Source: the human T2T-CHM13v2.0 reference genome, Homo sapiens. Taken from it: a stretch of DNA of 64,000 bases. The DNA lies in assembly GCF_009914755.1 (NCBI RefSeq), contig NC_060925.1; one strand, 5' to 3'. The translations under genes and the position numbers were made by a program. Positions 1 to 12,782 of this stretch are shown here, piece after piece. A model generated the notes under the pieces. It saw only the letters and a list, made by a program, of their open reading frames with translations. It was not told where the DNA came from and ran no database searches. Within the stretch, counting starts at the first letter, position 1. Every line of letters begins with the position of its first letter.

Positions 1-552
1 CATTTCTGGGATAAAGCCCACTTGGACACTATGTACCGTATTATTCTTTTTATATATTGTTAGACTCAACGTTGCTAAAGATTTTATGGTTCTTTTCCCC
101 ATTTATCTAATGACAGCTATTGGTCTATGATTTTTTTTTCCTGTAATGTCGTCTGATTTCAATAACAAAGCAATGCTGGAAACTGAATAGGTTGTCACAA
201 AGAGTGGATTTCATAGAACGAGCTGGGAAGTATTTTCTTCAATTTCTGGAAGAGTTTATGTGGAAATGGTAATCTTTCATTCTTAAATGTTTGATAAAAT
301 TTACCAGTAAAACTATATGGGCTTCGAGTTTTCTTTATGTGAAAATTTGTAATATAAATTTAATTTATTTAGCTTTGACAGTTTGTCTTTAAAATTTTTG
401 TTCCATGTTATCTAAATTGTTGAATTTCTTGGCATAAAATTGTAAATAATATTTACTGATTATCCTTTCAGTGTGTATGGGAGCCGTAGTTATGTGCCCT
501 TTTTAATTCTTGATATTATTAATTTAGTCTTTTTCTTGATCAATCAGACTAA

Positions 553-1018
<466 letters not shown>

Positions 1019-1298
1019 TTCTTTTTCTTTCTTATGGTGAAAATTGAGGAAATCTATTTGAGACCTTTCTTATTCTTTAAAAAAAATTTTAAATGACATA
1101 TTTACTGGAGTTGTGCCTTTTCTACCACACTGGGTGAAATAAACTTGTCAGTAGTATGGTTTTGTCACTTTCTGGAACACTTGGTAACATAGATAATTAG
1201 TGCTATCAATTTCCCTCTAAGCACTGCTTTAGCTGTGTTCTACAAATTTTGATGTTATATTTTTACTTTACTCTTATTTATTTCAAAGTACTTCCTAA

Positions 1299-1706
<408 letters not shown>

Positions 1707-2271
1707 TGACTTCTAATTTAATTCCATGTGTTGAGAGAACAGTTTGTATGATCTAAATCCTTTTAAATGTATTGAAACTTATGTTTAATTGGTAAATGTT
1801 CTATGTGCACTTGAAAAAGATATGTATTCTACTGTTGTTGTGTGGATAGGTCTATAACTGCCAGTTTGGCCTAGTTTATTGATGGTGTTATTCAGTCTTT
1901 CTATATGCTTGCTGACTTCCTGTCTACTTGTTCTAAAATTACTGAGGGAGAGGATTTAAAATTTTGACTATAATTGTGAATTTGTCTGTTTCTTCTTGCA
2001 TTTCTAACAGTTTTCGTTTCATGTATTTTGAAGCTCTGTTATTAAGTACATAAAAGTTTAGAATTACTAGGTCCTATTGATGAATTGTCCTTTTTATTGC
2101 TATGAAATTACTCTCCTTATCCCTAGTAATATTCTTTGCTCTGAAATCTACTTTGTTTGATATTAATAGAACCTCTGCAACTTTCTGTTGATGAGTGTTA
2201 CCATGGTGTATGATTTTTAATCTTGTTACTTTTATCCCATTCGTGTCTTTATATTTAAAACTAATTTCTTT

Positions 2272-2575
2272 GGCTAGGCACAGTGGCTCACGCCTGTAAT
2301 CTCAGCATTTGGGAGGCCGAGGCAGATGGATCATTTGAGGTCAGGAGTTTGAGACCAGCCTGGCCAACATAGTGAAACCCTGTCTCTACTAAAAATACAA
2401 AAAATTAGCTGGGCATGGTGGTGCATGCCTGTAGTCCCAGCTACCCAGGAGGCAGAGTCAGGAGAATCACTTGAACCTAGGAGGCAGAGGTTTCAGTGAG
2501 CCAAGACTGCACCACTGCACTCCAGCCTGAGAGACAGAGCGAGACTCTGTCTCAAAACAAATAAACAAACAAACA
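2272..2575 (+). mobile_element. AluS with 15-bp TSD
   Basis: TSD AAAACTAAT(T/C)TCTTT at 2257-2271 and 2576-2590. Confidence 0.92.
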
Positions 2576-2895
2576 AAAACTAATCTCTTTGGAGGAAGTA
2601 TAGAATTGATTTTTAATTTTTTTATCTAATCTGATAATCTCTGCCTTTTAATTAGATTTAATGTGATTATTGATATCATTGGATTTAAATCTATCATCTG
2701 GCCATTTTTTTTCTATTCCATCTGTTCTTGGGTTCTTTTTCCTCTTTTTATGCATTCTTTTGAATTAAGCATTTTGAATACTTTTTAAAAATATACTTTA
2801 TTTTTTAGAGGAGTCTTAGGTTGACAGCAAAATTGAGTGGAAAGTACAGAGTACCTGTATGTCCCTCTACCTCCCCACCACACACACAATCTCTC

Positions 2896-3273
2896 TGATA
2901 TGGTTTTACTATGTCCTCACCCAAATCTCATCTTGAATTGTAGTTCCCATAATCTCCATGTGTGGTGGGAGGGACCTAGTGGGAGGTAATTGAATCATGG
3001 GGGCGGTTTCCCCATGCTATTCTTGTGATAATGAGTAAGTTCTCATGAGAGCTAATGGTTTTGTAAGGGGCTTCCTCCTTCAGTTGGCTCTCATTCTTCT
3101 CTCTCCTGCTGCCATGTGAAGAAGGACTTGTTTGCTTCCCCTTCTGCCATGATTGTAAGTTTCCTGAGGCCTCCCCAGCCCTGCAGAACTGTGAGTCAAT
3201 TAAACCTCTTTCCTTTATAAATTACCCAGTCTTGGGTATGTCTTTATTAGCAGCATGAAAATGGACTAAAACA
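2896..3273 (+). mobile_element. THE1 (MaLR) solo LTR
   Basis: TGATATGG...GGACTAAAACA; perfect 5-bp TSD CTCTC (2891-2895, 3274-3278). Confidence 0.92.
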
Positions 3274-3570
3274 CTCTCCCATGAGAGTGGCACATTTATT
3301 ACAATGAAAGAACATCCCCCACCACAGTGGTACATTTATTATAATGAAAGAACCTGCATTAACACATCATTATCACCCAAAGTTCACACTTTATATTAGG
3401 GTTCACTGTTGATGTTGTTCATTCATTGGGTTTTGACAAATGTGTAGTACATGTAACTACCGTTATAGAATCATACTGAATAGTTTCACTGCCCTAAAAA
3501 TCATCTGTGCTCCATCTTTTCATCCCTCCCTGCCCACCAACCTCTGGAAGCCACTGATGTTTTTACTTAG

Positions 3571-4002
<432 letters not shown>

Positions 4003-5778
4003 CTCCATGTCTTTCCATAGTTTGATAGCTTGTTTCTTTTTAGCACTGAATAAAATTCTACTGTCTGCATGTACCACAGTTTATTTATCTATTCACCTAC
4101 TGTAAAACATCTTGTTTACTTCCAAGTTTTGGCAATTATAAATAAATCTGTTACAAACACTCATGTGTAGGTTTTTCTGTGGACGTAAATTTTCATCTCA
4201 TTTGGATAAATACCCCTAGGAACATGATTGCTTGATTGTATGATAACAATATATTTAGTTTTGTCAGAAACTGCCAAACTGTCTTCCAAAGTGTCTTCAC
4301 CATTTTGCATTTCCCCCAGCAATGAATGCATCCTGTTCTATATCCTTACCAGCATTTAGTGCTATTAATGTTTTGAATTTTGGCCATTCTAATAGTTGTG
4401 TAGTGTTATTGTTGTTTTAATTTGCAATTTCTAGTGACATATGAGATGGATCATCTTTTCATATGCTTATTTGCCATCCTTATATCATCTTTGGTGAGCT
4501 GTCTGTTCAGGTCTTTTGCCCATCTTTTAATTGGGTTGTTAATTTTTTTATTGTTGAGGTTTAAGGGTTCTTTGTATATTTTGGATAACAGTCTCCTGTA
4601 TCAGATATGTCTTTTGCAAAAATTATCTTTCAGTCTGTGGCTTATCACCTCATTCTCTCTTAACATTGTTTTTTTGAAAAGTAGTTTTTTTGTAATGAAG
4701 TCTAGCTTGTCAATTTTTTTTTTCATGGATCACGCTTTTGGAGTTGTATATAAAAACGCATCATCATATCCAAAAGTCATCTAGATTTTCTCCTGCATTA
4801 CCTTCTAGGAGTCTTATAGTTTTGCATTTTATGTTTAAGTTTATAATCCGTTTTGAGTTAATTTTTGTGAGAGATGTAAGGTCTGTGTCCAGATTTTATT
4901 TTATTTTATTGCATGTGGATGTCATTTGCTCATCATCACTGGTTGAAAATACTATCTTTCTTACAATGGAGACATTGTATTGCCTTTGCTCACTTGTCAA
5001 AAATCAATTGACCATATTTATATGTGTCTACTTCTGGCCTTTCTATTCTGTTCCACTGATCTACTTGTCTGTTCATTTGCCAATACTACACTGTCTTGAT
5101 TATTATAGCTTTATAGTGAGTCTTGAAGTCAGGTAGTATCAGTCCTCTGACTTTGTTCTCCTTTAATATCGTGTTGGCTATTCTGGGTTTTTTGTCTCTC
5201 CGTATAAATTTTGGAATCAGTTTGTTAATATCCACAAAATAACTTGGTGGAATTTTCAGAACTATAGATATAGTTTCAGAACTATAGATATAGTTGGGAA
5301 GAACTGACATCTTGATAATATTGAGTCTTACTATCCATGATAATGGAATATCTCTTTATTTATTTGGTTCTTTTTTATTTTTGATCTGAGTTTTATAGTT
5401 TTTCTCATATAGATATTGTACTTATATTGTTAGATTTATGCCTAAGTATTTTATTTTGGGGATGATAATATAAATAGTATTGTGTTTTTAATTACAAAAT
5501 TCAGTTGTTTATTCCTTGTATAGAGAAGCAATTGACTTTTGTAATATTCACCTTGCATCCTGAAACTTCTTCATAATTGGTTATTAATTCTAGGAGGTTT
5601 TTTCCTGTTTATTCTTTGGAATTTTCTATAATCATGTCATTTGCAAAAACAGACAGTTTCGTTTCTTTCTTCCCATCTGTGTACCTTTTTTTCTTGTCTT
5701 ATTGCATTAGCTAGAACTTCCAGTACAATAATGAAAAACAGTGGTGATAGGAGACATTCTTGCCTTGTCTTTGTAATT

Positions 5779-6047
5779 ATTTTATTTATTTTTTATTTTT
5801 TTTATTTTTTGTAATTTGAAAAACCATAAAGTTTTTATTATTATATAATTCTTATGAGATCATGGGTATACTACCATATTGTCTCTATCATAGAACAAAA
5901 CTCAAAAATTTCAAGATTTAACTCTGGAAGAAGACTTTCCAAGCAGGAAGGGGAAGCTTGCCCAAGCAACCCCTACACTCTTCCAAGGTTATCCTATCCT
6001 TTGGAACTTCCTTACCTCAAGAACCATTGTCAACCCCATGGATACAA
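5779..6047 (-). other. SVA 3'-transduced segment (5811-6047) plus second poly(A) tail (5779-5810)
   Basis: Segment with no repeat I recognise, lying between two poly(T) tracts; AATAAA on the minus strand at 5834-5839, ~24 nt before the tail; TGTAATT flanks at 5772-5778 and 6783-6789. Confidence 0.75.
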
Positions 6048-6782
6048 TTTCTTTCTTTCTTTCTTTCTTTTTTTTTTAATTGATCATTCTTGGGTGTTTC
6101 TCGCAGAGGGGGATTTGGCAGGGTCACAGGACAATAGTGGAGGGAAGGTCAGCAGATAAACAAGTGAACAAAGGTCTCTGGTTTTCCTAGGCAGAGGACC
6201 CTGCGGCCTTCCGCAGTGTTTGTGTCCCTGGGTACTTGAGATTAGGGAGTGGTGATGACTCTTAAGGAGCATGCTGCCTTCAAGCATCTGTTTAACAAAG
6301 CACATCTTGCACCGCCCTTAATCCATTCAACCCTGAGTGGATACAGCACATGTTTCAGAGAGCACAGGGTTGGGGGTAAGGTCACAGATCTACAGGATCC
6401 CAAGGCAGAAGAATTTTTCTTAGTACAGAACAAAATGAAAAGTCTCCCATGTCTACCTCTTTCTACACAGACACGGCAACCATCTGATTTCTCAATCTTT
6501 TCCCCACCTTTCCCCCCTTTCTATTCCACAAAACCGCCATTGTCATCATGGCCCGTTCTCAATGAGCTGTTGGGTACACCTCCCAGACGGGGCGGCTGGC
6601 CGGGCAGAGGGGCTCCTCACTTCCCAGTAGGGGCGGCCGGGCAGAGGCGCCCCTCACCTCCCGGATGGGGCGGCTGGCCGGGCGGGGCGCTGACCCCCCC
6701 ACCTCCCTCCCGGACGGGGCGGCTGGCCGGGCAGAGGGGCTCCTCACTTCCCAGTAGGGGCGGCCGGGCAGAGGCGCCCCTC
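6048..6782 (-). mobile_element. SVA (SVA_D-like), 5'-truncated inside the VNTR
   Basis: SINE-R region (GATCATTCTTGGGTGTTTCTCGCAGAGGGGG...) and GC-rich VNTR units (GGGGCGGCTGGCCGGGCAGAGGGGCTCCTCACTTCCCAG); lacks the Alu-like and CCCTCT parts. Confidence 0.96.
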
Positions 6783-7692
6783 TGTAATTGAGTATTTTAA
6801 ATGATTCTGTTTTATCTTTTGTGTCGGCTCATTAGCTATAACTCTTTTTTATTATTTTTGTAACAAAAGGTTTATAGTATACAGACTACCCTCAAATAAT
6901 ATTATACCATTTCACACAAAGTATGTTAAAACAATATATCCATTTTCCCTTCCTTGTGTTAATGTTATACATTTTACTTCTTTATGTTATAAACCTTCCA
7001 ATATAATGTTATTGTTTTTGTTTTGCACAATTATTTTTAAAGAGATTTTTTTAAATAATAAAAGATCTTTTATATTTACCTATATATTTACCATTTCCAT
7101 TGCTCTTTATTCCTTTGTATAGATCCAGATTTCCTTCTGATATTGTTTTCCTTCTGCCAATAGAACTTCCTTTAACATTTATTGTTGCGCAGCTCTGCTG
7201 GTTACAAATTCCCTTACTTTTTATAAGTCTGGAAGAGCCATTTGAAATGCCTGAAATTGTCATTGTTGAAAGACATTTTTGATGGGTTTTGACAAATTTT
7301 TTTCTTTCAGTACCTTAAAGATGTTGTTCCACAGTCTTCTGGTTTACATTGTTTCTGACATGATGTCTTCTGCCATTGTTATCATTGTTCCTCTATATGT
7401 AATGTAGGGGTTTTTTTTCTGAATGTTTTTAAGATTTTATCTTTATCTCTGCTTTTGAGCAATTTGATAATGATGTTTCTTGATGTAATTATTCATGAGG
7501 CTTTTTGTTTATTTTGCCTGGGGTTCATTAAGTTTCTTGGATATTTGACTTTACAGCATTAATCAAAGTTGGAAATTCCTCAACCATTACTTCTTCAAAC
7601 ATTTTTGCTGTCCATCCCTATTTCTCCTCTCCTTTAGAGAACTCTATTTACAAGTATATTTGGCTGTATGAAGTTTTGTCATAGCTTACTCA

Positions 7693-8010
<318 letters not shown>

Positions 8011-8406
8011 TTATGTTTCATTTGGTATCATTTGTATTGCTATGTCTTCACGTTTACTGATCTTTTCTTCACAGTATTTAATCTGCTGGATGTTAAATCT
8101 CAGATATTGTCATTTTCATCTCCAGAACTTCATTCAGGTCTATTTTTATGTCTTCCATGTCTCTATCTAACATGCTCTATCTTTGCCTTCTTGAACACAT
8201 AAAATACATAACTACTACTAAACGTTGTCTACTAATTCTATCAAGTGTGTCATTTCTGGGTCTGCTTCTTTTTATTTTGCTCCTCACTGTGAATCAGATT
8301 TCTGTTCCTTTACATGCCAGATGATTTTCTGATTGGATGGCAGGCCTTGTGAATTTTACCTTGTTAGTGCTAGATATTTTTGTATCCCTGTAAATTTATT
8401 TTTAAA

Positions 8407-8542
8407 ATTATTTATTTATTTATTTTTTAAGAGACAGATTCTATGTTGCCCAGGCTGTACTCAAACTCCTGAGCTTAAGCGATCCTACTGCTTCTGCCTC
8501 CCATGTAGCTGGGACTACAGGAATGTGCCATCACACCTGGCT
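8407..8542 (-). mobile_element. FLAM (monomeric Alu)
   Basis: Single Alu arm with a (TTTA)n tail. Confidence 0.8.
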
Positions 8543-9198
8543 TCCTATAAATATTTATAAGCTTTGTTTTGGAACATAGTTATGTTACTTTTAAACTTTG
8601 TTAGGTGAAAAAGAAGTTTTAACTAAAAATAAAGAAAAACAAAGGAAAAAAACTTTGTTAGATGCGACTGTTGGTCTAAGGCTAATTTGTCCTACCACTG
8701 AGACAATACCTAAGTATTCTACCCAAAACCCTATTAATTATGAGGTTTTCACTCTGGCTGGGAGGAAAGATTATAGCCCTGTACTCTGCTTCTTTGGCGT
8801 GGTTCCTTTCCTAGCTTAAGGTAGTTTTCTCACATGCATGTGCTGACCAGCACTCACTCAGCTGAAGGCTTCGGGGAGACCCTCTTCAAATCTCCAAAGC
8901 TTTCTCTCTCTGGGTACAACTCTCTCCTGTTCGGTACTCTGTTCTGCAAACTAGCCACCTTGGTTTCTCTGGACTCCCATGTCCATCTTCTCAACCACAG
9001 GGAGGAGATATGAAGATGGAACCTCTTTATATTTATCACAGTGAAAACATGCCGTGCCCTAAAATGAAGTCCATCCAGGCCCAGGAAAAACTAAGAAAAT
9101 CTCATTTGCACTCGCCAGAAGTATTCCAAGTGAATGGCTGTTCTTGGACTTGGCTGATAGTCCTTCAGAGGCTGCCTTTTCCAGAGACTCAGTCCCTG

Positions 9199-9358
9199 GG
9201 CTGGGTGCAGTGGCTCACACCTGTAATCCAAGCACTGTGGGAGGCTGAGACAGGAGAATCGCTTGAGGCCAGGAGTTCAAGACCAGCCTGGGCAACATAG
9301 AGAGATCCTGTCTCTACTTTTAAGATTTTTAAAAAGAAAGAGCAAAAGGAAAAAAGAA
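9199..9358 (+). mobile_element. FLAM_C-like monomer with TSD
   Basis: TSD ACTCAGTCCCT at 9187-9197 and 9359-9369. Confidence 0.88.
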
Positions 9359-10245
9359 ACTCAGTCCCTCTTGTAAAAGTGCCCCCTGTGAGCCCCTGAA
9401 AGGGGTGATGGTCTCTGTGGGACACCACTCAGGGCTGAGTGTTGCCTAACCGTGGCTTGTACCAGGAAGGCCCCGGCATGAAAGGCAATGGCACACTCCT
9501 TCTTCCAGAAACCTCAGCTCTAGTCCAAGGGTGAAGATGGATGAGCTGATAGCGGACCTGGTAAAAGAGCTTCTGCAATCTATTGGAGTGAGACTACCTC
9601 ACAGAAGCCTGAGGTGTCCCACTAGTGTGGTTGCGGGTGGCCCTGTTTATCCACACTGCTCTGTAGAGGGGAGGAACAATCTGTCTTTGCCTTTTTCAAA
9701 GACAAGGAGACCACTCCTGCTTTAAAACAGTAACTGCCCCTCCTAACCAGAATATCTGGTCTCAGGATGGAGCCAAGCATGTTATGATTGGATCCACGGG
9801 GCCCTCTGACTGTCCCCCAAAAGGATAATTATTGGTTAACTTTTTAAATATGCAAAATACTTCATTTTTGTACGTGGAGGACACAAGTTTTTTCCCCTCC
9901 ACTGACACTTCATATTTAAGTGTGGGTTATTGAAGCTGACAGTGTTAAATATCCAAATTCCTCACCATACCTTGATTCCTGGAAATAATCTGTTCAATAT
10001 TTTTAACTAGGCTACCGCAGATTCAATGGTTATCTGCATTCCTTAATGGAATTTAAAAATTGTAAACAAGTAATAAAATAGTTTAAGAATGATACCAAAA
10101 AGTATAAAAGTATATAAAATTAAAATATCCTTTCCCATCCTTCATCCCACCTGTCATTTCCACATATCTTAGCTAACCATTATTAGCAGTTTGTTGTGTA
10201 TTTGTCTAGAATATTTCTGTACTTACACATTACTTACGGTAGAGC

Positions 10246-10544
10246 TTTATTTATTTATTTTTGAGGCAGGGTCTCACTTTGTCTCCCATGCTGGAGTGCA
10301 ATGGCATGATCTAGGCTCACTGTAGCCTCCACTCCCTAGGCTCAAGTGATACTCTTGCCTCAGCCCCCCGAGTAGCTGGGATTACAGGAGCGTGCCACCA
10401 CACTTGGCTAATTTTTTGTATTTATCGTAAAGATGGAGTTTCTCCACGTTGCCCAGGCTGGTCTCGAACTCCTGAACTCAAGTGATCCACCCACCTCGGC
10501 CCCTAAAGTGCTGGGATTATAAGCATGAGCCACCATGTCCGGCC
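10246..10544 (-). mobile_element. AluJ
   Basis: Full diverged Alu. Confidence 0.9.
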
Positions 10545-10547
10545 AGT

Positions 10548-10770
10548 ACAGCATATTGGTTAATAATAAACACTTTGGAGCCAGTATGCTTGAGTTTGAA
10601 TTCTGACTTGCCCATTTACTAGTTGGGTGACTTTGGGCCAGTTACTTAACCTCTCTATATGTCGGTTTCTTCATATAAAATTGAGATACTATTAGTATCC
10701 ACTTCATAGATTCGTTCTGAGGATAAGTTAATAAATGTAAAACACTTACAATAATGCCTCTATATAATAA
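10548..10770 (+). mobile_element. MIR
   Basis: MIR core GTGACTTTGGGCCAGTTACTTAACCTCTCT...TTTCTTCATATAAAATTGAG. Confidence 0.75.
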
Positions 10771-11423
10771 GAACGATATAGATATTATTATATATTTTAT
10801 TATTGCTATTATGCATGCATTTTTATCTTCGTTATACAAATGGAATCGTGCCATGCATGTTGTTCTACAAACTTATATCACCTAATGAACATATCATGGG
10901 TATCTTTCAATATTAATACAACCTCATTCATTGTAATGACAGCACAGCATTCAATTGTATGATTGCAGGAGTTGGAGTTGTTTTTAAATCCAAGGTGTAA
11001 GAAACTGTAGTGTACATGACAGCATATCACAAAACATGTCCCAAAACGACAATCTTGGCATCCTGGGTTGTAGGAATGTCAGGGAGAGGAGAGGTCAGAA
11101 CTGGTGTTTGCTTTTGTCTATGCTGAGCTCCTAAAGGACAGGACTGGTTTGCTGCTGTGATCTGAGAGTTGACGATTGCATTGTCTCACTCTTAGATGTT
11201 CGGTGTTTACGGTTGCTGTTTAATTGATCAATTTTTATAAGTGTTCTCTCCAAACACGGTTTTCTAGCAGGCCCTTTGAAAAGAAGTCATCTTTTTCCTG
11301 CCCCTTCCCATGACCTGAAGTGGGAAGAACTGATCCCTCAGGGAAGGTCTATGTATAACCTGGCAGGAAAGGAGCCTCTGGGAGCACATGAATGATGTAA
11401 ATGTAAAATCAAGGGGGCAGATT

Positions 11424-11494
11424 TGTGTGTGAGTGTGTGTGTGTTTTGTGTTTGTGCATGTATGAGAATGTGCATGTGCATATGTGTGAGTGTG
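11424..11494. repeat. Degenerate (TG)n tract
   Basis: Visible interrupted TG repeat. Confidence 0.8.
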
Positions 11495-11689
11495 GACTCA
11501 ATGCTGACTTCCTCCCTTACTCTCCACCCCCTATTTACTCTCCCATCACTTTCTACTTATCTTATGTATAGGAATCAGTGCATAAAGTCAATGAACAGTT
11601 AAGAGCTGTATTCCGAACTAAAACACAACATGGCTATCAGGAAACAAAGAGACACAAAAGTTAGGGGAACACCCAGCTCACAGGAAATT

Positions 11690-11908
11690 AGTATAGTATC
11701 TAGCTCTAAGTACCAGATTTAGGAGCCTAGTTCAACTACCTATCAGCTTCATGACAACCTATTTGTGCCTCAGTTTTCCCATTTTTAAGGTGATCAAGAG
11801 AATAACACCTACCTTATAGACTAATATTGAGGATTCAATGAATTAAATTCATGAAGTACCTCAACAGTGCCTGACACTGAGAAGCACTGAATAAATGTCA
11901 ACTATTAT
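11690..11908 (+). mobile_element. MIR
   Basis: GTGCCTCAGTTTTCCCATT...CAGTGCCTGACACTGAGAAGCACTGAATAAATG. Confidence 0.7.
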
Positions 11909-12767
11909 ATCGAAATGTATCCACCCACCCCACCTCTAAACTCCAGGTTCCTTTTGTGCTAACTTCCTTACACTTCATTCTGTTGAAAGAGAAATCACAG
12001 AAAAAATATCACACAGACGCTTAGTGCAATATACATATACGTATCACTCTAGAAATTGTTCCAAGGAGAGGTTCAGAGCCATTTCAGGCACCATCTGATT
12101 AGATGCTGTAAGCAGCGGGCATGGAATCCCTCTGGACTTTTGAAATCAGATGGGCATTTGTTCAACACATTCCTGTAGGGGTAGTCTACAAAATTAAACT
12201 AACACGGCAAAAGGACCCAGCAGTCCAAGAACTTGCCCACCTAAAATGGTCATCGTAGGCAGAGCAAATGTTTAAAGTGAGGATACAGCGTTTAATTGCC
12301 CCTTGTCTTACTGAAAGGTGTTATTCACATATTGCTCAGCAATCACTGAAAACATGTGCCAATGAGGGCCGATAACTCCGTTTGGAATGTGCTGCTTGTT
12401 TCTGAGACTTTACAACAATGACTGGCCAGGATTTTACTCTCCAGACTCACGTAGAAATGAGTGTGTCCTGTGTGATGTCTCCAACAGAGAACAATCAAAA
12501 GGAATCAAAAAGATGTTAGCCATTGAGCTCTAGAAATCCAGCTGCCTTCTCCCGGCCTCCAGACACACAACAGCTTCATTGTATGAGGAGAGAGCATTGA
12601 ACTGAAGCTTTCCTGCAAGCATATTTGAACTTGGACCTTCAGTGCACAGACCAGCAGCCAGCTTCCAGCCCAGGCACCCCCTCCTCTCCTCCCTTCTCTT
12701 CAACTCTGCAAGAGAATTTCGTTCCATTTAAGTCCAGGAGATGTGGCAAAAACAACACTCCAAACAC

Positions 12768-12782
12768 CACTTCCATTTATGG
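12768..12782. promoter_or_regulatory. CArG box (CCATTTATGG) with overlapping ETS core
   Basis: Perfect CC(A/T)6GG at 12773-12782 with CACTTCC at 12768-12774, in unique DNA. Confidence 0.3.

Noticed and set aside
6084-6791. 180-aa and neighbouring ORFs
   Set aside because: Translation of SVA SINE-R/VNTR.
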